A DNA stretch of 60,000 nucleotides from Callorhinchus milii. Its lineage: Eukaryota. Position numbers and translations under genes: made by a program. Positions 40,261-52,310 of the stretch are shown here, one piece after another (the first letter of the stretch is position 1; each line of letters opens with the position of its first letter). The notes under the pieces were generated by a model, which did not search any database, was not told the origin of the DNA, and saw nothing but the letters and a program-made list of their open reading frames with translations. Location of the stretch: NCBI RefSeq assembly GCF_018977255.1, contig NW_024704743.1:104968001-105028000 (forward strand), in the 5' to 3' direction.

Positions 40261-40805
40261 GATAGGAAAACAAAAACAGAAGTCGCTGGGAACGCTCAGC
40301 AGGTCAAGCAGCATCTATGGAGAAAGGAAAGTGAGTCAACGTTTCGGGTCCACGACCCTTCAAAACAAAATCTATCTGCTAGGGACCTTATAGCCCTCTG
40401 GCCTCAATATTGATTTCAATAATTTCAGACGATAACAGCTCACCTTCCCCTCCTTCTGTGACCATTACCACATCATCTGGGACCCAGATACAGCTTTTCT
40501 CTCTCTGGTCTGCCTGTTTTGTTACAATTTTGCTCCACTTTGTTTTGCATTATTAACACCTCTTTAACCCATCATCCTGTCCTCTACCCCATTTTCTCCT
40601 TTGTCTTCCTTGCCCTGCCTCCCCCCTCTCTGTTGGCCCTTAAAAGCCTCTCCCTCCCAACAGCCCCAGTTCTGACGAAGGATCGTGGACCCGAAACAAT
40701 GACTCACTTTCCTTTCTCCATAGATGCTGCCTGACCTGCTGAGTGTTCCCAGAAACTTCTGTTTTTGTTTCAGATTTCCAGCATCTGCAGTATTTTGTGA
40801 TTTGT
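40261..40805 (+). mobile_element. Penelope-like element remnant with inverted pseudo-LTR segment
   Basis: 40361-40430 translates to QNKIYLLGTL*PSGLNIDFNNFR, resembling the GIY-YIG C-terminus of PLEs. ~95-bp inverted arms at 40265-40361 and 40677-40775. Confidence 0.8.
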
Positions 40806-41675
40806 TTAATAGATAGGAAATATTTCACTCCCCCCACCTCCACCCCATCACCACCAGCAACAGTGGATATATACTGGAGTGTCAGCCAGAACTATGAGTT
40901 CACAGTTTTGGTGCGGGGCTTTGAACCCCAAACCTTCAGGCTCAGAGGCGAGCGTGCTACCAGGCTTGGAACAGTATTGGAGGGTAGTTAGAGGGTTAGG
41001 TGCAGAGATGAACAAATACTCTGTGGGATACAATTATGTCTGCTGCTGGGTCTCAGCAGGATGCGTGTTATCAGTTAATCTCGTAACAGCACGAAGGCAC
41101 AGGATGCCAGTGCTTCACTGCACAGCACCATAAAGTAACCATGGCTCTGATTCCTGCTCATTCCCCACTGTCTGAGTTTTCTGATTTCAACTACACTGTT
41201 ATAGGAAAACCCTCTCCCATAGGCAGACAGGAAAGGTTGGAAGATTAGTTTTCCCCTACTACTGTGAGCTTTTAGTGAAAGCTTTTAGTGAAAGCTCATA
41301 GAACAGTCTTAAGAGAAGCCTGGGGTAGATGTCCATCTTTGCTATTTGCAGGGAGAGGACATACAGCACTTGATGGTGCAAGGATAATGAAAGGGAAGAT
41401 GCAATGATTAAATGACATTGAAGGTCCTATCCCTATCCACACTTGAACGTTTGGCTGAAACACAAACTGAGATTTGTGCACCATCCATAATCCATCTTGA
41501 TTCACAAGATAAAATACAAAGACTATGGTTCTGGAGGGAATCAGTATTATCCATGTGACAGGTGTGTCCACCTATGATAAGAGATGTCCCTAATCTGAAC
41601 CGTACTGTGGTGCTGGTCCCCAACAGAGAAATTATTTTTTTAAAAAGTAAAAACACCATAAGAAAACTACTTTAC

Positions 41676-42494
41676 CTCTGCTGGAGTAATTCTTTCGAAT
41701 GCCAATGTCAATGATTTTACAATGCCTCCTTTCTGCAGCGAGTTGCTCAAGTAAGATCCTTTCATTTTCTTTGTGGGTTCCTTGGATGATATACCCCTGC
41801 TCTGCCTGCAGAGCAATAGCCTGTTCCAGCAGATTCAGGTTTCCCTTTGCTGTGTCAAAATCTTCTGAATCATCCGTCTCTGTGGATATCTGAGAACAGC
41901 AATCCTCATCATTCTCTGACAATCCCCCTTTACTGACACAGAGCTCCTGCTCTGACGGTCGGGGATCTCCTAATTCGGTCGGTCTATTCTGGTAAGCAGT
42001 TTCTTGTGGCACAACTTTTGTTATTTCAATTTCTTTCTCTTCTGCATCTAATGTCGCTCGTGGCTCGCAGCCAAGGCTATAAACTTGGACTCCAAGGGGC
42101 TTCAGTTCACTCACATTAGAAGGTTTTGATAAATCTTGGGGCTGGTCACAGTTATTAATAAGATTTTCAGAGTGCGAGGGATCATTTTCTGCACAAGAAT
42201 GCTGATCTAGTATTACTTGTTCTTCACATATATGTAACTTATCTTTAGTCCCAATTTCTGACCCATGGCTCTCTTCCGCATCGCTCTCTCCCTCCATAGA
42301 CTGCACTCCACTGTCATTCAGATTGCTTTCAGTAGTTCTGTGTATTGCTGCATCTTCTGCTATTTTGCCCAAATCTTGAAGTGATTTGGCTACAAGCTCC
42401 TGATAACTGTTAAAATCATCACCATTGCTCTGGGTGTCCTTCTCTGGGGTGTCCATTTGAGTATTTCCAGGTGCTGTCTGGCCCAGTTTGTTTT
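41676..42494 (-). CDS. ST18: ST18 large acidic exon (819 nt)
   Basis: Acceptor ttttgttttctag, donor G|gtaaag. Encodes YQELVAKSLQDLGK and KGNLNLLEQAIALQAE (ORF 41632..42456). Confidence 0.93.
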
Positions 42495-42740
42495 CTAGAA
42501 AACAAAAGGTCAGAAAGCTATTTTGGGTATAATGCGATGCAAAATATTTTGCCCACAGAATATACAGTCAATTCACTTTACAGTATATTCTGTGAAGCAC
42601 TTTGAGATGTCTCAAAGGCATGATAAGGCACTATATCAAATGCAAGAATTATTATTATTATTAAAATGCAAGATTTATGGGAGGATTCCTTAAATGAGGA
42701 AAAGGTGTCAATGCCAACAGGTACTCCTATGGGTAACCAG

Positions 42741-43070
42741 AATAAATAAATAAATCAATAAATCAATCAATCCTTGCATTTGATATAGCGCTTTTCACGT
42801 CTAGACGTCTCAAAGCGCCTCACAGAATATGCTGTAAAGTGAATTGACAGTATATTTGTGGGCAAAACGCGGCAGCCAATTGCGCACAGCAGTTTCCCAC
42901 AAACAGTAGTGGATTGAAAATGACCAATTTATTATTGTTTTGTTTCGGAGGGATTATTATTAGGCGTGTGGAGTAAGGAAATTTGCCCATGGTTTCGCCC
43001 TGCCTGGAATTGAACCCAGGTGTCTCACTTGCAAGGCGAGTGCTCTAACCACTGAGCTATAGGACTCCAC
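42741..43070 (-). mobile_element. Full-length SINE, same family, variant tail
   Basis: Reverse complement of the family. Tail is (ATTG)n(ATTT)n. Confidence 0.9.
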
Positions 43071-44046
43071 ACCATTTGTCTTGGAATGTACAATTTAATA
43101 CTGATGTACATCACATGGATCTGAAAGAACTTTACATTCAACGTCTGGAGTGTGGTTCCCCAGGAATTGATGGGATTGCTCATAGGATTGCTCACTGACC
43201 CAAATATGGAATTAAAAAAGACAATAGTTTAACATCCAAATGCTAACTAGTTCCAAACTTTGTTTACATATAATCTACATTTATATTAGCGCCTTTCACA
43301 TCAGGATGGCGTTTCAAAGTGGCCTGACACTGGTGGCTGGAAACCTGAGCTGGTGGGGAGGGGGCACAAAAAGTTTGTATTGCAAATAAACATATAAATA
43401 GTTTTTGTACCACTTGAAAATTGAGGTATATTGTGTAATACACAGAGAATGGCAGGTCACATATACAATGCCAAATGATACATTTCGTACATTGCGAAAC
43501 ATACTCTGAGATTTAGCATCTGAATAGCACCAAACTCACCAGCAGAAAATAATTCAATTTTTAATTCTTTTAACATAAGTTGGCTGTACTAAATGGGGGC
43601 TGAAATTCGTAAGTGATACTTGGAAGTATAAAAATATCAATGGGAAAAAAANTGAATTCAAAATGTAATTTATACACAAATGAAAGAATAAGTGCACAAT
43701 GTTAATTGATTGTGCATTACTGTTTTCCAAGCTACTAAATATTCCCCTCATCTTGGTATTACTAATGAAAGGATTTTGTCTAGCACAGGCACTGGAAAGC
43801 AACAATTACTACAGTTGCTAAGTTACGCAGCTCTGAAATATTCCCATTAGGTACAGATTAATGGAAGTCGGGAAAGTGCATATTTACAGTACTATGTCTT
43901 TTATTTTATTACCCGATTGAAATTGGTGGTGAAAGAACCCTAGCATGGAATACTGCTTGATGAAACGTGAATCAAGCTGTTTAAATTTAATTATGAATTC
44001 AGTTTTATACTGGACTTAATTCATTACGGGATGTTTGGTTTGATAC

Positions 44047-44249
44047 CTAACACAAGTTCACTGTCTTCCATTTCATCTGTTTCTGTCCCATCGTCATCAG
44101 GTTCCTTCGCCTCCTTGCTGTCCTCTTCACACTCCTCATTAGGACTGAAATGACGGGGCTTCATCAGAAGGGACTTCCTCTTGTTTATAGAAGCTCCTAG
44201 TTCCTGCTCCTGCATTTTTCTCTTTTTTGCAGCAGAACAAGCATGAGTG
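44047..44249 (-). CDS. ST18: ST18 exon, THACSAAKKRK...KRKSLLMKPRHFSP...
   Basis: Polypyrimidine tract plus aag acceptor, donor TAG|gtatca. An alternative donor ending the exon at 44062 is possible. Within ORF 44024..44377. Confidence 0.85.
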
Positions 44250-44649
44250 CTTGAAATAATAGGGAAAGGAAAAGAATAAAACAACTCTTTTACAGGCACA
44301 GATTTTGAGCAACTTAGCAGAGATGTCCTCATTTTCAGATCAGTACACGACAGGCACCATGTCAAACTACACTGCATAATAAAAAGTATTCAGGAGAAAA
44401 GCATCGAGGATGATTCCACACAACCACTTTAACTCTGTTCATTGCAGTCAGCAACAGTGAGGCCCAACTATGTGCCCATGTTAACCCTGGCAAACTTTTT
44501 GTTACGTAGATTCCCCAATCTAAGTAAGTAATGATAAGTTTGCTAGTGTTAGTGATTGGTGTGTAAGAGACCCCAGTGCCTTAATCCTGAAATACTGTAA
44601 CCAGATATGTATTCGGTATTATCATGAAAGGTGGGGAATGGGGGGAATG

Positions 44650-45057
44650 ATATTTATAGAGGGCCTTTCACATCGGGAGAACGTCCCAAAGCGCTGAACA
44701 GTCAGGTGTCGGGGCCCGAGCATGGGGGAGGGGTGGTGTAGGGGTGAGGGAAGGCAGAGAGGTGGGAGGGAGACCAAAGGCACGGTTGAAAAGAAGGGTC
44801 TTGAGACCGACCTTGAAGGAGGCAAGGGAGGAAGCGAGGTGAAGGGACCATGGGATGGAGTTCCAGAGTGTGGGAGCAGAGAGGCTGAAAACCCGGCCAT
44901 CGTTGGGAGGGCAGGTCGGGCGGGAGACATGGAGCAGTCCGGAGGCCGATGAACGGAGGTTGGTAGGGAGTCAGCAGGTCAGAGAGCTAGGAGGGAGCAA
45001 GGCCATGGATGGCCTTAAAGGTGAGGATGAGGATCTTGAACTCGATCCTCTGGGGGA
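44650..45057 (-). mobile_element. L2 3' fragment
   Basis: Similar to 23339-23770 and 53925-54350. Confidence 0.85.
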
Positions 45058-46675
45058 TAAAACTTTATTCTCAAATCTGTCTGGTTTAGCTTCATCTCAT
45101 AAGAGCCATGTAATGCAACAGAGATTCTTGAGTGAGTTGAGATGAACAGTAAGAAATCTTTCTTGACAGAAAAATAATCTTGTACTTTAAAGAAATTAAC
45201 ATACTTTGAAGATTTGTCTATTCAGAATTCATTTATAATTCATAATGAGGTATAAATTGTCCCTTCCCGTTTATGTGCCTCATGCGAATTGATGTTATTA
45301 TGAAACACTGTTGGATACTATTTCAGTTAATTTGCAATTTACTGAAAAGTATCTCTTTATGACAATTTTGCTAAACTTATACGTGAACAAATACACTCTG
45401 ACAATGATGTTGAAAAGAAACTGGAGTATTGGGCAGTATTAATAATAGATGGGAGTCTGAATTTAAAAAGACAGGATAGGCTGAGAGAGGGAGATTGTAA
45501 CTTTGTGTAGAAAATGTAATAGAATAATAAACTGAATTAAAAACTGAATTAAACTGATCAGTTGTTGTTGAGATCCCCCTCTCTCTCTGTCACCTTATCT
45601 TTATAATAGATGGAAATGCAGTTACCATTATGAGAGGGAAAAAAATCTCCTCACTGTTTATTTTCTCATAATTTCAAAATTTTGGGACTGGAAATCATCA
45701 GGGAACGAAGAAGAAAACAAAATCTGAGCCGATTTAGTTTACTAAAATCTGTGGAGATCTGCAGAGATTCACACACCTTGGAGTATCTTCACTTCAAAGA
45801 AACTGATAAAATATGTACTATCAATCGCAAAACACTGGACTGGTTCAGTAATAGCTTCGTGAATTTTTATGCACAGCCATTCAGTCAGATATTTTGAATG
45901 CAAGTTTTGCGTATCCATAATGTAGCCATGGAGAATTGGTTCAGACACCTCTGAGGGCTATTTTGTGAATGAAGCAGATATATTGTGCAGGGCAGTAATG
46001 TGGAACATCTCACTCATTTTCAAACAAGCCAGAGCTGTGCTGTCCCCTTGGGAGAAGTGCCAGGCAAGGTTCACGCAGACTATATGGGAAACACAGACTA
46101 TATTGGAAACGAAGACGTGAGTTACCACTTGCATACACTCAGGAGCTGTATTGGCAAAGACCAGAATGCACCCTGTCTATATGTCCTCTCTGATGGCTAA
46201 TTCCCCTCGGATGCCTAAGGAGAGGCATAAATAGATCTGTAAACTCTGTATGAGCTTTAACTTAACTGAAGCTTTCTTGCTCGACTCCTGCCAACTCCAG
46301 CTCACAGAGCCATTCCAGGACTTCGGTGTTTTGCTCAACCCTCAACTCTTTTTCCAATCTTTCATCCAGGTTATGAGCAAATCCACTTTCCTCTATCTCT
46401 ATAACATTCCCCACCTCAATCCCAAGCCCTTATCAATGTCTTTGTCACCCCCAGACTGGACATTTCCAACTCCTCCCTCATCAGCCTCCCTTGTTCAGCT
46501 CTTCACAAGTTTCGGATCATCCAGAACTCTGCAGCCCACGTTCACTGCTTTTACGATCCTCATCCTCACCTTCAAATGTCTTTGCCTGACCCTATCTCTG
46601 CATTCTGTTGCGATCCTGCGGCCCTGCAAAACCTCTCCACTTCCCTTCTCTTCCCAACTGTGGCTTTCATATGTC

Positions 46676-47167
46676 TTGATTTCAAGATCCTCATCCTCAC
46701 CTACAAGGCCATTCACGGCCTTGCTCCCTCCTACCTCTCCAACCTACTATCCCCCTACCTACCTGCCCATACCCTCCGTTCCTCTGGCTCCGGTCTGCTC
46801 CACGTCCCCCGCCCCAACCGCCCTACTATCGGTGGTCGGGCCTTCAGCCTCTCAGCCCCCAGGCTCTGGAACTCCATCCCCCAGTGCCTTCGCCTTGCTT
46901 CCTCCCTTTCCTCCTTCAAGGCCGGTCTCAAAACCTTTCTCTTTGACCGTGCCTTCAGCTCCCCTCTCGACTCTCTTCCTCCTCCTCGCTCCCTCCCTTC
47001 CCTCCCCTCACCCTGACCATTTCCCCCCTCCTCTCTCCCTCCCTTCCCTCCCCTCACCCTGACCATTTCCCCCCTGCTCGGGTCATGACCCAACTGTGCA
47101 GCGCCTTGGGACGTCCTCCTGACGTGAAAGGCGCTCTATAAATGGAATCTTGTTGTTGTTGTTGTTG
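46676..47167 (+). mobile_element. Young L2 3' fragment nested in an older L2 (~46250-47450)
   Basis: Near-identical to the reverse complement of 56184-56682. Ends in (TTG)n. TGTC at both junctions. Confidence 0.9.
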
Positions 47168-47799
47168 TCCCCTCTCTGCTCTGCCCCACCATTGACAGGT
47201 GAGGTTCCAACCACTTTATTTCCACTCTCTTCCGAATCTCACCAAAAATCTCTTTCGCAATCCCTTCACCTTCCGCATTTACCATCTGCTTTCAAAACAA
47301 GCATAAAAATCTATCTCATTGACTGTACCTGTGGCCACCTCTGCTTACCTCCTTCCCAACTCGCCACCTGCTTAGACTTTGTAAAACACTTCAAGACATT
47401 ATACTTCGGCACTACAAATGTGAATTGTTGTTATTGTAACAGACATGGCCACTTGTAATATTTAAAGATGATGCAGCATTATGGAATGGATTTTGGACAG
47501 CAATTTCACTGCCACCATGCTAGTTATACAGTATGGTACAAATCTTCACAATTAACACATCAGCACTACTTCAATCTGCTTAATCTGCCACGCACAGTCA
47601 AAGCCTATAGAATTGATGAGGCAAAATACAGTCGTTCTGAATATTTTCACAGAAATATTGCACATCAAACAGGAGGCAGATACGATAAACAATGCCCAAG
47701 TATTCATTTTTGGCATGAGGCTGAAATTAACTGAATACAATAATTTGTTTTAAACGTTTACTGAAAGAAATATTTTGCTGCCAAGAGATTCGGATTATA

Positions 47800-48260
47800 C
47801 TGAGCTTCCTGCTTAAAAAAACATTGATGCTGTTCTCATCGGAGCAGAGAAGGTTTAGAGGGACTATAATAAAAATGGTCAAAATTATCAAAGGGTTTGA
47901 GAGGGTGAATAGTGAAAGATTAAATTTGATTGCTGAATGAATTGGTCCCAAGGACATTCAAACTCAAGATTATTACTAGAAATATAAAGGTGTGTTAGAC
48001 GATTATTTTTATATACAGTGTTATTAAGATTTCTAATGTGTCACTACAGGTGACTATTGAAGCCAAGCCAATTAGAGATATTTAAAAGGGAATTAAATTA
48101 GTACGTGGATCATTGAGACCTACAATGGTATGAGACGGAGCAGTGATACAGGATAAGAGGAGACAGCTCCAGTGTGAGTGATGGAGAGGGGAGAGCAAGC
48201 ACCAGTACAGATGCATTAGGCTTAGGATCCTGTTTCTGAGAGGGGTTTTCTATGATTCCA
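47800..48260 (+). mobile_element. Old CR1 3' fragment
   Basis: Degenerate EQRRFRGT remnant and ttctatgattc tail. Confidence 0.55.
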
Positions 48261-49004
48261 CATCATTATAGGATTAGAAAATGCAACAGTTGGTGCTAGA
48301 ATTTGATGTAATAATTATCACACTGAATTTGTTATTAATAATAATAATCCTTACATTGGCAATAGCGAATATGACATCAGGAGGATATCTCAGCCCTTCA
48401 CAGGATTTTCTGTAAAGTGCAAACGTGTCAGCCAATTTGCATGCAGCACTGCCTCCCTCACAAAGAGCCTTGAAAACGTAGCTAAAACATTTAGATACAA
48501 AATAAGGGGGCGGATCAATTATACTACATTAAGTGATAGCACAGGATAGACATCTCATATCAGAAATATCCCACAAACAGCCATCAGGTGAATGACCAAT
48601 TTTAATTGGAGGATTATTGGCCAGGACTCCGGGAGAAACTCTCTCCTCTTATTTGAATCTGTTGTGATGTGTTGCATCTTTAAATCATTTCCTAAAGACT
48701 AGCAATGGAACTGAATAACCTTCCCCACCCCCCTCAAAATTTCAGCACATTGATTTTATCCTAAGGCCAATTTGAAATAAATTCTGCTGCCATCTTGGAT
48801 ATCACTAAACGTTCAATTTAATGTTTCAGTTGTACAGTGACCATTTGAGTGATGCTTCACAGGACAGCGACTGAATGAAATTGCCATCCACTTTTAGCTG
48901 CACTCAAACACCAATCTCCATGATCGGGAGCAGATATAGAGCAGAGATTTGATTCATCAGCGAATTAGTCCCAAGGAGACTCAAACTCAAGTTTATTGCT
49001 GTGT

Positions 49005-49432
49005 GTCAGCCTGGCCAGTCTAGCACTTTAGCCTCAGAGTCAGACAGTTGTGGGTTCAAGCCCCACATCGGGATGTGGAGTCACACAGTCACACAGTCTT
49101 AGGTGACACTCCAAGGTAGCTCTGGGGATGTGTTGTATTGTTGGGAGGTAAACTGAGGTCCTGTCTGCCTGTTCAGATAGACGTTAAAGATCCCATGGCA
49201 TTTGAAAAGAGAAGGGAGTTTCTTCTAGTGTCCTGGCCAACAAATCCCCCAAATAATATTAGTCACTCACTCTATGTCTGTCTGTGGGACATTGCTGTGT
49301 GCAAATTGACTGCCATGTTTTGCCCACAAAATACACAGTCAATCCACTTCACAGTATATCCTGTGATGCGCTTTGAAAGTCTCAATGAAGCGATAAGGCG
49401 CTATATGAAATGCAAGTTTTTTTATTATTATT
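49005..49432 (+). mobile_element. Older Deu-domain (SacSINE1-like) tRNA SINE
   Basis: Head gcctcagagtcag..gtgggttcaagcccca. Body gttcagatagacgttaaagatcccatggca, gtcctggccaa, gtgggacattgctgtgtgcaaatt. Confidence 0.7.
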
Positions 49433-49868
49433 AGGATTCTTTGGGTACAACCACTATTGACAGACTTGGGTATACTTAGATATGTAGTTGGGAAATAAGG
49501 GTATTATTTTAATACTATCAATACTATAATAAGCTTTGCATTTAATAAGGTGCCTTATCGTGTCATTGAAACATTTCAAAGGATTTGCTGTAAAGTGTAG
49601 GAACTGTGTATTGTGTAGGCAAATGTGGCAATCAATTTACACACCAATATTGCCCCATGAACAGCCGTGATGTGAATCATCAACTTTATCATGTCTGATA
49701 TGATGTGATCTGATCACATCTCAATACACTACTGCAGCAAGCAATAGAATAAAACATGCATTCCAAGGTGTGAAATGTTCCATAATTGAAAATTCATAGT
49801 CACTGGCACACGCCACCTGAGCCATTACTTTCACTAGAAATACCACTTACTCTGATAAATGCCAAGTT

Positions 49869-50135
49869 TAATAATAATAATCCTTGCAATTGATGTAGCC
49901 CCTTTCACATCTTCTAGACGTCTCAAAGCGATTCACAGAAGACTGTAAAGTGAATTGACTGCATATTTGTGGGCGAAACGCAGCAGCCAATTGCGCACAG
50001 TGACCAATTTATTATTGTTTTTGAGGGATTATTATCAGAGGTGCGGAGTAAGGAAATTTGCCCAAGGTTTCACCCTGCCGGAAATCGAACCCAGGTCTCT
50101 CGCTTGCAAAGCGAGTGCTCTAACCACTGACTCCA
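49869..50135 (-). mobile_element. SINE, same family, with internal deletions
   Basis: Head, CCTTGGGCAA motif and tail are present. Confidence 0.8.
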
Positions 50136-50548
50136 GTTATAACAGCTAGTAATTTTATCAATCACATTTAAACAAGATATGGACCTAACAAGCAGAAGTC
50201 AATTTCATTTTCGAACTGTTACCTTTTTGGAGAACCTTTGTCTTTCAGTTTGGGTTGTCAGTGTGCCCAAAAGCACTGCAGATTTCTAAACTCCATTTAG
50301 TGTTATGGTGGAAAGCATGTGAAGATACATTATTTCTGTATGTGTGCTTAAGATTGTGCTGTATACCACTGTTGCATCTAGGTTCGCACCTGACTGAGCT
50401 GAACGATTCTGAACATTTTTCAGCTCATGGACAGCATTGCTTGAAAACACACACCAATATTGCAATAAAAAGCTTCTTACTTGTCACAGCAGCTTAATTA
50501 CTGTCATTTTGTGCTGAAAGCGTGACGTGATAATTATCACCAGTGATA

Positions 50549-51233
50549 CAGTAGAACCCCATTATAACCCCTTTATAACCCTGTTATGCCCATAACAACT
50601 TGTTCGCTCCCTCTGTTCAGCAAGCTCCAGCTTGCTCCATGTCCCCTGCCTGGCTCGCCACACCATCGGCGGTCAGCCCTTCAGCCTCTCTGCCCCTACC
50701 CTTTGGAACTCCATCCCACGTTCCCTTCACCTCCTTCCATTCCCTTGCCTCTTTCAAGGCATATCTCAAGACCCTCCTCTTCGACCCTCCTCTTCGACCC
50801 TCCTCTTCGACCCTCCTACCCTCCCTGACATCCACCCTCCCTGATCCCAACCAAACCCCCACCCCCATCCCTACTCGGGTCCAAATCCCTGACTGTCCAG
50901 CGCCTTGGGAAGTCCTCCCAACGTGAAAGCCTGTATAATGTAATTTTGCATTGTATTATAACCCTGTTATAATGTGGGTGCACTTGTAATGGGGTGTAAT
51001 GGATCCATTGGCCAGGTACCTGTACACTAAAAATGTCCACCTACAATGTCATCAGGTCACTGCTGACATCACTCCCTGTGTTCTGCACACATGTGAGAGG
51101 CCAGTCAGCTTTCTGCGCACATGGGCAGTGAGGTAGCTAGCCATGTGTTTTGACCATCGATTGTGCCCTGTTAGAAGGCTGGTTATGATTTTATAAACCT
51201 CTCCAGCTACCGTGTTATAACGAGATTATACTG
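50549..51233. mobile_element. pogo/Tigger-like MITE with nested L2 fragment (50600-50927, +)
   Basis: TA|CAGTAGAACCCCATTATAAC ... GTTATAACGAGATTATACTG|TA. TIR match 16/20, TA target-site duplication. Confidence 0.75.
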
Positions 51234-51869
51234 TAATTGACACATTGTTTAAAATTGTGGTCAACCCATTCAATATTTATCTAACAGGCCGCTATCTTCA
51301 GAATAATGGGGACTCCTTCCGATAACTGGACCTACTTCATGCTGACCCTTCAACTTCAGGAAACTCTGCTCTAGAAGTAGATTCCTTCATAAGAATTTCC
51401 ATTATATAATACAGCAAATGAGACCCATATACATCAAAGGATCCCACAGATAGATATATCCCCCCCCCCTCCCCACTCCCACCTCTGGTAAATACAGCAG
51501 CACTGCTGTAAGGGTTAAGAAAATAGAACTGAAATTCCTCACGAACACTTAAATGTAATCAGACAATACTGCAGAATATTTCCTTTCAAGACTGAACAGG
51601 CTTAGTTTGTCTAATTGTTGCTCATAGTTAATTTCTCTAACATGGGGGATCAGTCTCATTGCACTCATCTCGGCTGCCTCAAGGCTCCTCAGCAGCCACC
51701 TTATGTCTCAAGAGTTAGAACTGTACCCAGTAATCTAGATGGGGCTGAACCAGTTTGGGCACAATACTGCCAAAACTATGTCTTTTCTTGTTCTACTGCC
51801 TCTCTGAATCCCGGACTATTGTTCTGGGTGCGCCCCTATGTGATCCCCAAATCACATTTGAAATGTTAT

Positions 51870-52310
51870 ACATCTCTATGAGGTGTCCTTTGAGACGTCA
51901 TCTCTCAGGACTGAAGATCCGTAGCACGTTTAGTCATTCTTCATAGCTCGTTCCCCCAAATTGGGATCATCCATGTTTCTCTCATCTACACTACCTCTAG
52001 GGCCTGGGTAGCCCTCTTATGCCATGGTGTTAGAACTACATGCAGTACTCTAGGTATTGTCTGACAAGAGCATTCTGCAGCCTGTATATGACTTCTGGAA
52101 ATCTGAACTGAACTAATTTAGTAATATAGCCCAGCATCCTGCTTGCCTTGTTTATTGCTGCCTCACACTGTTTTGACATGGTGAGCGACAAGTCAATTAA
52201 CAGTACCTAGCAATAACAAGCCCAAGTCTCTTTCAGATTCCCCTTCGGCAAATTATATCTTATCCATGAAGTACATGTGTTTCTTATTCCTACTTGGTAC
52301 CTTGCATTTA
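51870..52310 (-). mobile_element. Old CR1-like fragment
   Basis: Degenerate RT C-terminal region (cagaactacatgcagtactc, ccttgcattt). Confidence 0.45.

Noticed and set aside
46250..47093. 270-aa Pro/Ser-rich ORF, and the similar 264-aa ORF at 56296-57090
   Set aside because: Alternative frames of C-rich L2 sequence.
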